Source: Bdellovibrionales bacterium RIFOXYD12_FULL_39_22 (GTDB lineage: Bacteria; Bdellovibrionota; Bacteriovoracia; Bacteriovoracales; Bacteriovoracaceae). Taken from it: a DNA stretch of 20,000 bases. The number at the start of each line of letters is the position of its first letter. The stretch's first letter is position 1. Positions 8,327-18,102 of this stretch are shown here, one piece after another. The notes under the pieces were generated by a model that was given only the letters and a program-made list of their open reading frames with translations, was not told the DNA's origin and searched no databases. A program made the position numbers and the translations under genes. The DNA lies in NCBI GenBank assembly GCA_001770205.1, contig MEQL01000054.1, forward strand, positions 58,236-78,235, given 5' to 3'.

Positions 8327-10153
8327 ATGCATACATTCAAAAAATTAAATAGAATTAATAAAATTAAAACTTCCAAAGATATCTTAATTGCCCTTTTAAA
8401 ATTATTGGCAAAAGAAGTTAAGCTTTTACTTATCTCCGGCAAAAATGGCCAGCTAGGTGAGCACCTAAAGAATTTGCCATCTGATTTGATTTTTAAATTA
8501 GGCCTTGGCGTTAGCGGGACCAGATTAGAAACTAGATTTCAATTTAAAACGAAACATTCTAGAGAGACTCAAGAAGCGACTTTACTTTCCATCATCGCAG
8601 AAAATCGTGATACTGTTTTTGGCAAAGATCACGAATTTTCCTCTATTAAAAGTATCGAAGATTTTCAAAAACTTGTTCCCATCCAAACCTATGAAAGCTT
8701 GGCCCCCTATATTGAGAGACATCTTCAGGGAGAGGCCGACGTAATTGTAAAAGGCCGCCCGATATCTTATGCCACCACTAGCGGAACCACCGGCAAACCC
8801 AAGTTTATTCCTATCACATTGCGCGCAAAAAAAACCTCTCATCAAGCAGTTTCTCGTCTTTGGGCCTATACCGTCTCCAAAGAGCGGCCTCAATCCTTTG
8901 ATGGAAAAATTTTGGCCATTACTTCACCTGCAGAAGAAGGAAGAACGGAAGATGGAACCATTTACGGCTCTACTTCTGGCCAAATGTTACAGGGTATGAG
9001 CAAGGCCATTCGTAAAAAATATGTACTTCCTTATGAGGTGTTAACCATCGACGACTACGATTCAAAGTACTACTGCATTATATTATTAGGGATGTTAGAA
9101 AATGTCTCCTTCATCTCTACCGCCAACCCCTCAACCCTCACTCTTTTGGCCAATAAAGGTAATGAGCTAAAAGATAAACTTTTACATGATATCCAACATG
9201 GAACTCTTAATCCTAATCTAAAAATTAGCGACGAAATCCGCAAAATTGTGGAAAATAAAATTAGTGCCAAGCCGCAAAAGGCCCAAAACCTTCGAAGGAT
9301 CATCGAAAATGATCCTGAGAAAAAACTTCGCCCTAAGCATTACTGGCCAGCGCTTTGTACCATTGCATGCTGGACGGGTGGAAATTCTAGCACTTTTTTA
9401 AAATCTATCAAGGACTGGTATGGCGACGTCACGATCAAAGACCTTGGATATCTTGCCTCCGAACTTAGAGGATCAGTTCCTCTATCTTCTAAATCTTCCG
9501 CTGGCGTTTTGACCATCACTGAAAACTTCTTTGAATTTGTTGATGTTGATGACATTGATTCTATCAAACCCACCTACCTAACTTGCGACCAACTAGCTTT
9601 AGGCAAACGCTACTATATATTTTTCACTTCTCGTGCTGGCCTTTATCGCTACCACATCAACGATATTATTGAAGTGAAAAGTTTTGAAAATAATACTCCA
9701 GCAATTGTTTTTGTACAAAAGGGCAAAGGGGTTACCAATATCACTGGAGAAAAATTGTATGAGCAGCAATTAATGATGGCCATCAAAAACAGTGAAGAGG
9801 AAACTAAACTGCATACTGCCTACTATATGGCATTGGCGAAATATGCAGAGTCCAAATATGAGTTATACACTGAATTTGAGCGCAATAATCTATCTATTGA
9901 TGAAAAGAAAAAATTTATTGCGGCCGTGGAGAAAAATTTAAGCTCCATTAATATCGAATATAAGGCCAAGCGTGCGTCTCTTCGCCTTCCTCCAATTGAG
10001 TTAAAAGTTTTGGCCTCTGACTCCTTCCAAAGTTTTAAGAAGTGGAGAATTGATCAAGGTATTCGCGAGGCGCAGTTTAAAACTGTGCCTCTGACTAACG
10101 ATATTAATATGATTAGGCCTCTAACCGTAGTAGAGACGATCTCCCTACAGTAG
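8327..10153 (+). CDS. GH3-family (auxin-responsive GH3-like) adenylate-forming acyl-acid amido synthetase
   Basis: N-terminal QEATLLSIIAENRDTVFGKDHEF...VPIQTYE, P-loop TTSGTTGKPKFIP, motif II GYLASE, FFEF, motif III GLYRYHINDII and GEKL. Strong SD TAAGGAG. Confidence 0.9.
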   Translation: MHTFKKLNRINKIKTSKDILIALLKLLAKEVKLLLISGKNGQLGEHLKNLPSDLIFKLGLGVSGTRLETRFQFKTKHSRETQEATLLSIIAENRDTVFGKDHEFSSIKSIEDFQKLVPIQTYESLAPYIERHLQGEADVIVKGRPISYATTSGTTGKPKFIPITLRAKKTSHQAVSRLWAYTVSKERPQSFDGKILAITSPAEEGRTEDGTIYGSTSGQMLQGMSKAIRKKYVLPYEVLTIDDYDSKYYCIILLGMLENVSFISTANPSTLTLLANKGNELKDKLLHDIQHGTLNPNLKISDEIRKIVENKISAKPQKAQNLRRIIENDPEKKLRPKHYWPALCTIACWTGGNSSTFLKSIKDWYGDVTIKDLGYLASELRGSVPLSSKSSAGVLTITENFFEFVDVDDIDSIKPTYLTCDQLALGKRYYIFFTSRAGLYRYHINDIIEVKSFENNTPAIVFVQKGKGVTNITGEKLYEQQLMMAIKNSEEETKLHTAYYMALAKYAESKYELYTEFERNNLSIDEKKKFIAAVEKNLSSINIEYKAKRASLRLPPIELKVLASDSFQSFKKWRIDQGIREAQFKTVPLTNDINMIRPLTVVETISLQ

Positions 10154-10179
10154 AGACTAATCGTATAAGTGGAGAATTT

Positions 10180-11277
10180 ATGGCACTTACAAACTTAATA
10201 AAAAACCTCTCTCTTGTTTTATTGTTAGTCTTAATTACCTATGCCTCTACCACTAATGCAATCTGTGCTGAGAACACTTTTGCTCACGATCTAATAACCG
10301 GAGTCAACAAAACCTTCTATCAATTAGATACCGATTCAGTTAAAGTTCGTAATTTTTCTCACCGCTACGCCATTGCCTACACCAAGTGGACGCCTGATGA
10401 TGGCAATGATAATGGACATGTCATTATCTATAACCATGGACTACAAAGCCATCGTGGTTGGTTTTATGAGACTGCCGAACATTTAAGGGCCTCTGGTTTC
10501 ACTGTTTATGCCTACGACCGTATCGGATCGGGGGAATCAACTTCTCTTGTTCCGGCCTCTCGCTACAGCGCAGAAATTGTAAATCTAAAAGGCCATATCC
10601 ATAGTTGGTATGTGTACATTAAAACCCTAGAGATGATGAAAGAAATTGCGAAGGAAGAAAATCCTTCTGCAAAAATCCATCTATGGGGAAATAGCTTCGG
10701 GGCCAAAATCGTAACGGCCTATATAATTATAAACGGAGACAAAGATGATCTCTCTTCTACAATTTTTTCCACTCCAGGACTTTATCGTAACGAAAAAAGC
10801 ATGCCTCTTCCCTTCTCTAAGCTAAAATATCTATTTTCGGGTATGGATCAATATCTTCCATCACCAATCTATCCTGTAAATGGCGATAATGGCGCAGGAC
10901 TCTTCACCTCAACAGAGCCCTACTTTTATAAAATAAAACATGACAACCTGTCGCTGCGACAATTCACCAAAATGTTTTATGATCAGGCAACTAAGTTGGA
11001 TAAATTTATTAAAGTACATGCCAACGGAACCTCGGCCTTAAACGATAATCCCCGACTTTATTTGTTAGTGGAAAATGATCCCATGATGGATAATATTCAA
11101 ACAATAAAGCATATACAACAAAATCGCCCGCAAGCTATTGCTAAATATTATCCCGGGGGGCCAGACCATCGTCATTTTCTTTCGTACACTATTGATCGAG
11201 AAGAAGAAATGGAAGATGTCGTAAATTTTTTACTTGGCAATATTAATGCGCTGGAAAATAGCATCGAGTTGGATTAG
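10180..11277 (+). CDS. Alpha/beta hydrolase (lysophospholipase/monoacylglycerol lipase-like) with predicted signal peptide
   Basis: HGLQSHRGWF, YAYDRIGSGES, nucleophile elbow GNSFG (Ser172), candidate Asp in ENDPMM and candidate His in DHRH. N-terminal LSLVLLLVLITYA...AICA. SD GTGGAG. Confidence 0.85.
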   Translation: MALTNLIKNLSLVLLLVLITYASTTNAICAENTFAHDLITGVNKTFYQLDTDSVKVRNFSHRYAIAYTKWTPDDGNDNGHVIIYNHGLQSHRGWFYETAEHLRASGFTVYAYDRIGSGESTSLVPASRYSAEIVNLKGHIHSWYVYIKTLEMMKEIAKEENPSAKIHLWGNSFGAKIVTAYIIINGDKDDLSSTIFSTPGLYRNEKSMPLPFSKLKYLFSGMDQYLPSPIYPVNGDNGAGLFTSTEPYFYKIKHDNLSLRQFTKMFYDQATKLDKFIKVHANGTSALNDNPRLYLLVENDPMMDNIQTIKHIQQNRPQAIAKYYPGGPDHRHFLSYTIDREEEMEDVVNFLLGNINALENSIELD

Positions 11278-11303
11278 TACAATACAACAAAGAAGAGTTA
11301 GCG

Positions 11304-12473
11304 ATGAAAATAAAATCACTGAAACTACGCCAAACCAATATTCCCTTTGTTTTAGTTTTTAAACATGCCCTTAAATCACGCTCCGAAGTGGATGGCCTGA
11401 TCGTAGAACTAGAAACGGAAAATAATATTGTGGGGTACGGAGAAGCTCTACCACGTGAATATGTCACCGGCGAAACCACAGAATCAGTAACCGGCCATCT
11501 GATCAATACCATCTTTCCAAAAATGCGAGGAATGGAATTTAATAATATTGATGATGTGCTTTATTTTTTAGATAATTTTTACGATATCTTTGACAGTCTT
11601 ACGGAATATGATCTTTGCGTAAAAGCAGCAACTGAACTTGCGCTATTGGATGCCTACGGAAAAGAAAATAAAAAATCGGTATTAAATCTTTGCTCCTCGG
11701 CCTGCGGCCTCACTCCCAAAAATGAAATTGTCTATAGTGGAGTCGTCTCTGCAGATACTCCCATTATTGTAAAACAAATTTTAAAACAATATCAAAAAAC
11801 TGGAATAACTCAAATAAAACTAAAAGTCGGTAAAGATTTAGAGCATGACATAAAAAACATAGAACTATCTCGCGAAATAATTGGCAAAAATGTCGAGATC
11901 AGGGCCGATGCCAATGAGGCCTGGGACTTGGCCTCTGCCAAAAAGAATCTTCCGATACTAGCAGAAATGGGCGTGGTCTCTATTGAACAACCAATGCCAA
12001 AAACTTCCCGCGATGACTATCCAAAGCTTATGGAATTTCTACGCGGAAAAATAGAAGTATGTATTGATGAAAGTCTTTGCTCCATCGGTGATGCTAAGTG
12101 GATGATCGAAAATGGAGGTGCCTCCCTCTTTAATTTACGCATTTCTAAAAACGGTGGATTATCCAACGCACTTAAAATTTTTGCCATGGCCAAGAGCAAT
12201 GGAATTAAATGTCAATTGGGTGCACAAGTGGGAGAAACCTCTCTCCTTTCTTCTGCCGGACGCATTTTAGCGGCATTATGTGGAAACTTTCTTTTCCATG
12301 AAGGTTCCTTCGGAACCCATCTGCTTTCTTATGATCTCACAAAAAATCCCTTGAGCTTTGGGAGCGGTGGGATTGGGGATCTCTCCTACTTAAATTTAAC
12401 AGATAGTATGGGCCTAGGTATCAAGGTCGAAGGCAAACTGCTCGATAAAATGACAAAAAAAATCCTGGAATAA
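11304..12473 (+). CDS. Enolase superfamily enzyme, muconate-lactonising-enzyme (MLE) subgroup, substrate unknown
   Basis: GYGEALPREYVTGET capping domain, ELALLDA, KLKVG (K172/K174), metal ligands D202 (DANE), E228 (EQP) and D255 (DES), NLRISKNGG, GAQVGET and HEGS. Confidence 0.88.
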   Translation: MKIKSLKLRQTNIPFVLVFKHALKSRSEVDGLIVELETENNIVGYGEALPREYVTGETTESVTGHLINTIFPKMRGMEFNNIDDVLYFLDNFYDIFDSLTEYDLCVKAATELALLDAYGKENKKSVLNLCSSACGLTPKNEIVYSGVVSADTPIIVKQILKQYQKTGITQIKLKVGKDLEHDIKNIELSREIIGKNVEIRADANEAWDLASAKKNLPILAEMGVVSIEQPMPKTSRDDYPKLMEFLRGKIEVCIDESLCSIGDAKWMIENGGASLFNLRISKNGGLSNALKIFAMAKSNGIKCQLGAQVGETSLLSSAGRILAALCGNFLFHEGSFGTHLLSYDLTKNPLSFGSGGIGDLSYLNLTDSMGLGIKVEGKLLDKMTKKILE

Positions 12474-12574
12474 ACTAATCTCTATCACGCAATAGATAGT
12501 ATCAATTTCCAAATCTAACGATTGTTTTGCAATATAAATACAGCAATATATAAATATCAACTGGAGGATAATTT

Positions 12575-13084
12575 ATGTTGAGTATTAATAAAGAAGCTGT
12601 ACGTCAGCAAACATCAAACCAAATTTTGAAAGAGCTAAAATCCCCATCCTTTGAAGATGTTATTTTCTACGCTATCGAGCAGGAAGGGCGGGCCCATGAT
12701 CAGTTTAGTCGGTTGTCTAAGAAGGTCAAAAACAAAAAGGCCCGAGAAATTTTAAATAAGATTGCCCAAGAAGAACTGGAGCATCTAAAAGAACTAGAAA
12801 ATCTATTAGATGCTGGGCCAGATAATTTCCAAATTCCAAAAATTGAATATCATAGCTTCCTTGAAGAAAAGCAATTGATTGATAAAATAACCCCTGATGC
12901 CAGCGTACAAGAAGCACTACTTTTTGCCATTGGCCATGAGCATGCTACTTACAATCTCTATAAGGATTTGGCCCACGCCTCAGATAGTGTGGAGGCGCGA
13001 GATACTTTTGTTAAACTCTCTAGAATGGAGATTGCTCATAAAATTGAACTGGAAAATTGGTATAAACAGCTCTGTCTGCAATAG
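12575..13084 (+). CDS. Ferritin-like/rubrerythrin-family di-iron four-helix protein without a rubredoxin domain
   Basis: Duplicated E...ExxH pattern: AIEQE...EELEH and AIGHE...MEIAH. No CxxC pairs. SD GGAGG. Confidence 0.85.
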   Translation: MLSINKEAVRQQTSNQILKELKSPSFEDVIFYAIEQEGRAHDQFSRLSKKVKNKKAREILNKIAQEELEHLKELENLLDAGPDNFQIPKIEYHSFLEEKQLIDKITPDASVQEALLFAIGHEHATYNLYKDLAHASDSVEARDTFVKLSRMEIAHKIELENWYKQLCLQ

Positions 13085-13103
13085 CAAATAAAACTAAAGA
13101 TGG

Positions 13104-14243
13104 TTAGCGAAATTCTTTAAGTAGAGCTTTGGCGATAATCATCATCATAACTTCATTGGTCCCAGCTCCAATTTCATTTAGCTTATTATCTCGGAGATAT
13201 CTCTCAACTGGAAATTCTCTGCTATATCCATAGCCTCCCAGTATCTGAATTGCATCTAACGCAATTTTAGTGGCCATTTTGGGAAGTGCTAATTTAACTT
13301 TCGCGGCAACATCTGGGCCACGATTCCCTCTATCATAGTCACAGGCCACCGAATATAAGAAGTGCTTCATCATTTCGGAGTCAGTGGACATCTCCGCCAG
13401 CATACGTTGAATCATCTGAAAATCTCCAATGGGTTTTCCAAACTGCTGACGCTCATTAGCATATTTGCCACACACTTCCACACAAGCTCGAGAAATCCCT
13501 AAAGAAATTCCCGCAATAGTAATACGCTCGATCTCCAAATTTTTCATCATGTGATAAATTGAATCGCCTTCGTTTCCTACTAAATTGGCCGCTGGAACTT
13601 TAGCATTTTCAAAAATAAGTTCAGCAGTAGGAGAACCTCTCATTCCCATTTTATGAATATCTTTTCCTACAGAAAATCCTGGAGTCCCCTTTTCCACGAT
13701 GAAAGTAGAAAGGTTCTTGCGTTCATCCCCAGTCCGCGTATAGACATAGGCAACGTCTGCATACTTGGCATTGGTAATCCACATCTTGGCACCATTTATG
13801 TTGTAATAATCCCCTTCTCGTCTGGCCCTAGTTTGAATACCTACCGCATCTGAACCATTTCCTGGTTCACTCATGGCCATGCATCCAACATGCTCCCCAG
13901 AAATAAGTTTGGGCAAATATTTTGCTTTTTGCTTCTCCGAAGCATTGTTGTTAATATTGTTCACACAAAGCATCGAATGCGCTAGATAGCTCAGAGTAGT
14001 CGAAGCACATACTTTGCCAAATTCATCCATTACAATAGTTGCCGCAGTCGCACCTAGTCCAGAACCACCGTATTTAGGATCGGCCGTAATCCCCAACAGT
14101 CCCAATTCTCCCATCTTGGCAAAGGCCTCTAGATTGAAGCTCTCATCACGATCGTGCTTTTCCGCATAAGGAGCTAACTCTTTTTTAGCAAATTCCCGAC
14201 AAACATTTTGCAATTCTCTCTCTTCATCACTAAAAAACCACAT
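13104..14243 (-). CDS. ivd: Acyl-CoA dehydrogenase, isovaleryl-CoA dehydrogenase-like
   Basis: AMSEPGNGSD, NGAKMWITN, KMGMRGSPT, RQQFGKPI and QILGGYGY. The Glu in LEIER together with EIGAGT (Ala rather than Glu at the MCAD catalytic position) is the IVD arrangement. Confidence 0.8.
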   Translation of the reverse strand: MWFFSDEERELQNVCREFAKKELAPYAEKHDRDESFNLEAFAKMGELGLLGITADPKYGGSGLGATAATIVMDEFGKVCASTTLSYLAHSMLCVNNINNNASEKQKAKYLPKLISGEHVGCMAMSEPGNGSDAVGIQTRARREGDYYNINGAKMWITNAKYADVAYVYTRTGDERKNLSTFIVEKGTPGFSVGKDIHKMGMRGSPTAELIFENAKVPAANLVGNEGDSIYHMMKNLEIERITIAGISLGISRACVEVCGKYANERQQFGKPIGDFQMIQRMLAEMSTDSEMMKHFLYSVACDYDRGNRGPDVAAKVKLALPKMATKIALDAIQILGGYGYSREFPVERYLRDNKLNEIGAGTNEVMMMIIAKALLKEFR

Positions 14244-14278
14244 TAAATATCCCCTTCTTCTATCTATGAAACTAGAAA

Positions 14279-14938
14279 TTAATTGACATCCATTTCTGGA
14301 ACATCACCACTGACAATCAGTTTACCTTCTGTCAAACGCTTGATTTCCTCTACAGAAACCCCGGGGGCACGTTCAAGAAGATGAAATGCCCCATCTTTAA
14401 TTTCTAAAACGGCCAAATCAGTAACCACCTTCTTTATGCACCTCACACCAGTTAACGGAAGCGCACACTTCTTTAGCATTTTAGACTCGCCTTGCTTATT
14501 GGCGTGTTGCATGGCCACTACAATATTGCGTGCTCCGGCCACCAAATCCATTGCGCCCCCCATGCCTTTAATTAACTTCCCCGGAATCATCCAAGAAGCA
14601 ATATTTCCTTCTTGATCTACCTCAAAGGCACCAAGTACCGTTAAATCAACATGCCCACCCCGAATCATGGCAAAGCTGTCTGCGGAAGAAAAAAATGCCG
14701 CCCCTGGAATTGCCGTAACTGTTTGCTTGCCGGCATTTATTAAATCGGCATCTACTTTATCATCGACAGGAAATTCTCCCATTCCCAATAGCCCATTTTC
14801 TGATTGTAAAACTACATTCATTCCAGCAGGAACATAATTCGCGACCAGCGTTGGAATTCCAATTCCTAAATTAACGTAGTAACCATCACGTAATTCTTTA
14901 GCAATTCTTTTGGCAATCTGTTCTCTCGTTAGTGTCAT
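14279..14938 (-). CDS. scoB: 3-oxoacid CoA-transferase subunit B
   Basis: VNLGIGIPT, LQSENG (catalytic Glu), DLINAGKQT, MIRGGH and GMGGAMDL. Confidence 0.93.
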   Translation of the reverse strand: MTLTREQIAKRIAKELRDGYYVNLGIGIPTLVANYVPAGMNVVLQSENGLLGMGEFPVDDKVDADLINAGKQTVTAIPGAAFFSSADSFAMIRGGHVDLTVLGAFEVDQEGNIASWMIPGKLIKGMGGAMDLVAGARNIVVAMQHANKQGESKMLKKCALPLTGVRCIKKVVTDLAVLEIKDGAFHLLERAPGVSVEEIKRLTEGKLIVSGDVPEMDVN

Positions 14939-14956
14939 ATAAATTCTCTCTTTTTA

Positions 14957-14986
14957 TTTTTATAAGTTTTTATAGATTTTTATAAA
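14957..14986. repeat. Three imperfect 10-nt tandem units (TTTTTATAnn) between scoA and scoB
   Basis: TTTTTATAAG, TTTTTATAGA and TTTTTATAAA in tandem. Confidence 0.6.
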
Positions 14987-14987
14987 G

Positions 14988-15686
14988 TTATTTTTTTACC
15001 GTTCTCTGTTCAATGCGCTTTTCAAAATTACCTTTAATAACTCGCTGAACAAAAATACCAGGAGTATGAATATGCTCAGGATTTAACTCTCCAACTGGCA
15101 CAATCTCTTCCACTTCTGCTACTGTAATTTTTCCAGCGGTCGCAATCATAGGGTTAAAGTTCATGGCAGTTTTACGATAAATCAAATTCCCCATCGCATC
15201 GGCCTTCCATGCCTTCACAAAAGAAAAATCAGCGGTTAAAGACTCTTCCAAAATATATTTACGTCCATTAAACTCTCGAACCTCTTTACCTTCGGCCACC
15301 GGAGTCCCATATCCTGTTGCCGTAAAAAAGCCAGGAATTCCAGCACCACCTGCTCGAATTTTTTCGGCCAAAGTTCCCTGTGGGGTTAATATTACTTTCA
15401 TTTCGCCAGAGATAAAAAGTTTTTCAAATAAGGCATTTTCTCCGACATAAGAAGCAATCATAGTTTTAATTTGACGTTTATTTAGCCACAATCCTAGGCC
15501 AAAATTGTCTACCCCCGCATTGTTGGAGATACAGGTAAAACCTGTTAAGTCTGATTCACTGACTTTCTTGATTAGCCCTTCAGGAATTCCACAAAGACCA
15601 AATCCTCCAACCATTACCGTCATTCCACTTTTTAGGCCGGCAATTGCTTCTTCATAATTTTTCACAATTTTGTTAAATCCAGACAT
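14988..15686 (-). CDS. scoA: 3-oxoacid CoA-transferase subunit A
   Basis: [40 protein letters not shown] and HTPGIFV. Start moved to ATG 15686 after the SD ACGGAG. Confidence 0.93.
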   Translation of the reverse strand: MSGFNKIVKNYEEAIAGLKSGMTVMVGGFGLCGIPEGLIKKVSESDLTGFTCISNNAGVDNFGLGLWLNKRQIKTMIASYVGENALFEKLFISGEMKVILTPQGTLAEKIRAGGAGIPGFFTATGYGTPVAEGKEVREFNGRKYILEESLTADFSFVKAWKADAMGNLIYRKTAMNFNPMIATAGKITVAEVEEIVPVGELNPEHIHTPGIFVQRVIKGNFEKRIEQRTVKK

Positions 15687-15774
15687 GATAAACTCCGTTG
15701 TTATTTTGAGTAAAAAAATGAAACCAATGTAAGGGTGAAAAGGGTAGCAATCTTTTAAATAATTGTCACCGGAA

Positions 15775-17619
15775 TTAATTGAGGAATTTTTCAATATATT
15801 TTAACAGTGTTTCCTTCCGTAGCGGCTTGGTTAAATAATCGTCACATCCGACGGCCAGTGATCGTTCTAATTCTGCTTTTAACCCATAGGCAGTCAATGC
15901 CAGAATAGGGCAATGGCGTTTTTGATTGGCATGCTCCCATTTTCGAATGATTTTAGTTGCCTCATATCCATCCAACACAGGCATATTCATATCCATAAAG
16001 ACAATATCGTATTCTTTGTGTGTAAATAACTCCAGTCCTTCTCGTCCATCAGCGGCCTCATCAATCTCAAAAGGATATTTCTTCAAAAAAGTTTTAATGA
16101 TCAATCTATTATCTGCAGAGTCATCGACCAAAAGTATTTTTAATGACTCCAATTGGACCGCGCGACTCTTAATTGGTGCCACTGCCAAATCATCACCATT
16201 TTGGAGTAAGCAGGCGGGAAGTGGCATATTAAAAAAGAAGGTACTTCCCTCTTCTGGTTTGCTCTCCACCCAAATTTCTCCTCCCATAAGTGTAACCAAT
16301 TTTTTGCAAATGGCCAAACCAAGTCCCGTTCCTCCATACTTTTTAAATATTGAATTATCTGCCTGCACAAAACTTTCAAAAATTTTACCCAAATTTTCTG
16401 CCCGAATACCCATTCCTGTATCTCTAACCCAAAATAGTAATTCATCGTTATATTCATCAACCTTCTGTTTTAGTGAAATACCAATAGTAATGGAGCCCTT
16501 CTCTGTGAATTTTATGGCGTTGCCCACTAGATTTATTAGAATCTGTAAAAGCCTGGCCGGATCTCCCGCATAAAATTGTCGAACTTGCGGCGCAACGCTT
16601 ACTAAAAGCTCCAGTCCCTTATCGTTAAGTCCTTTTTGCATCAACTCCTGTACCTGACTTGCCACCTGCGCAGGGGAAAATTTTATATTATCTATATGTA
16701 AATGCCCCGACTCAATTTTAGATAGATCCAACAAATCATTAATCAGTGCCAACAAAACACTTCCTGCATTATTGATAGTTTTTACATATTGATTTTGCTC
16801 CTTAGACAGACCAGAATCCAATAAAACTTCCGACATTCCTAAAATAGCATTCATCGGAGTACGAATCTCATGGCCAACATGTGCCAAAAAATCAGACTTA
16901 GTGCGATTAGCAACTTCTGCCTCATTTTTTGCCAGAGTCAACTCATCCTGGAATAAAAAAAGCTGCTCGATATATTCGTTAATCTTGCGCGCATTAAAAC
17001 GAGAAAAGGCAATAATAGAAATTGCCAATCCAATACTAAAAACTAGAAGTACAAACTGCATGTAGGTAAGTAGCTCTAATTGCCGATTAGTATTTACATG
17101 AATATTTGCTTCTAACTCATTAACTAGCTCCAAAATTGTTCTATAGCGATCATGCATCTCCTCATGAGAATCCTTAAAATACATTTGCAAGGAAAGCAAA
17201 TCTCTAACCGGAGAAAGCATCGTTTTGTATTGTAACACCATTTCATGTAAGTAGAGCGCTTTTGCCCGTAATTCTGGGCCAGTTAGCGGCATTAGCTCTT
17301 CGTGATCAACTCCGAAATTTCCAGTCAATAATGAATCGGCATAAGTCTCTGCGGATTTCAACGAATTATGATATATTGGCAATCCCTCTTCCAATTCATT
17401 TTTTTCATATAACATCTCATATAAAATCTGCTGTGTAGTGGCCAAATGAAATTTTATTTCATTAATACTATCGACCAAGTGGACCGCACTATGGCCGACG
17501 CTCTTACCCAACGAAACGGCATAGAGAATGCCTAGGATGGTTGTGGAAGTAAGCAGCAAAATCCCCCAATAGATCTGCCACGATGATGACGACATTCGCC
17601 TGTTGCGATAAGAAAGCAT
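15775..17619 (-). CDS. Membrane-bound hybrid sensor histidine kinase (2 TM + periplasmic domain, HisKA, HATPase, receiver)
   Basis: H-box HEIRTPMN, N-box [26 protein letters not shown], and receiver LLVDD...FMDMNMP...ALTA...TKP. The start could instead be ATG 17595. Confidence 0.95.
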   Translation of the reverse strand: MLSYRNRRMSSSSWQIYWGILLLTSTTILGILYAVSLGKSVGHSAVHLVDSINEIKFHLATTQQILYEMLYEKNELEEGLPIYHNSLKSAETYADSLLTGNFGVDHEELMPLTGPELRAKALYLHEMVLQYKTMLSPVRDLLSLQMYFKDSHEEMHDRYRTILELVNELEANIHVNTNRQLELLTYMQFVLLVFSIGLAISIIAFSRFNARKINEYIEQLFLFQDELTLAKNEAEVANRTKSDFLAHVGHEIRTPMNAILGMSEVLLDSGLSKEQNQYVKTINNAGSVLLALINDLLDLSKIESGHLHIDNIKFSPAQVASQVQELMQKGLNDKGLELLVSVAPQVRQFYAGDPARLLQILINLVGNAIKFTEKGSITIGISLKQKVDEYNDELLFWVRDTGMGIRAENLGKIFESFVQADNSIFKKYGGTGLGLAICKKLVTLMGGEIWVESKPEEGSTFFFNMPLPACLLQNGDDLAVAPIKSRAVQLESLKILLVDDSADNRLIIKTFLKKYPFEIDEAADGREGLELFTHKEYDIVFMDMNMPVLDGYEATKIIRKWEHANQKRHCPILALTAYGLKAELERSLAVGCDDYLTKPLRKETLLKYIEKFLN

Positions 17620-17622
17620 TTA

Positions 17623-18102
17623 TCACTTCTTGGAATATTTTTTTAAAAACTTTAGATACTTCTCTTCCATTACATCTAATTCCATCGGCCCTTGACACTT
17701 CTGGCACTTTTTATTTTTAAAAATAGTTCTATCTGCACTGTTCTTGCTCTCAACCAATTCCGACTCTACCAAGTCACATTTTTCACAATAGTAGGGAATA
17801 TAATATGACTCTATAATCCCACCTGCTGGTACAAGGCCTTCGATTAGATTTACCTGCTCAATAAAAATGCGGTTGCAATTTTTAAAAGTTACTGCCGATA
17901 CGCTTTTGGAAAAAGTATTAAGCCAAGAAATCCAACCTCTAATGCCGCATGAATTTAGGAGTGTAAGTCCGTTTAGATCAAAAAGGACACTACTTTTGGG
18001 CGTAAATTTTATCGTTGGAAAAATAGTATCCTCATTAACCTTCCCATTAACCGTAATTAAAATTTTAGCTCCATCATAATCTATGTTTATATTTTCATTC
18101 AT
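17623..18102 (-). CDS. STAS-like (anti-sigma-factor antagonist fold) protein with C-terminal Zn ribbon
   Basis: VLFDLNGLTLLNSCGIRGWI resembles the STAS DLxxVxxxDSSG motif. Has CEKC and CQKC pairs. ATG 18102 overlaps the upstream stop (ATGAATGA). Confidence 0.7.
   Translation of the reverse strand: MNENINIDYDGAKILITVNGKVNEDTIFPTIKFTPKSSVLFDLNGLTLLNSCGIRGWISWLNTFSKSVSAVTFKNCNRIFIEQVNLIEGLVPAGGIIESYYIPYYCEKCDLVESELVESKNSADRTIFKNKKCQKCQGPMELDVMEEKYLKFLKKYSKK

Noticed and set aside
8150..8332. ORF-track N-terminal extension of the HD-GYP protein (likewise for lipA, scoA, the receiver and the TPR gene)
   Set aside because: The extensions overlap neighbouring genes or intergenic DNA, and downstream starts fit SD sequences, gene overlaps or domain boundaries better.
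11304..12473. Specific call as L-Ala-D/L-Glu epimerase, catB or menC
   Set aside because: The second Lys is replaced by Arg, DxD is absent, and there are no catechol or menaquinone genes in context.
12575..13084. Ferritin-like gene as a fourth member of the GH3 operon
   Set aside because: The 101-nt AT-rich gap could hold its own promoter and nothing links it functionally. Left unresolved pending synteny data.
15926..16573. 215-aa plus-strand ORF
   Set aside because: Antisense shadow of the conserved kinase and receiver domains, with no recognisable motifs.
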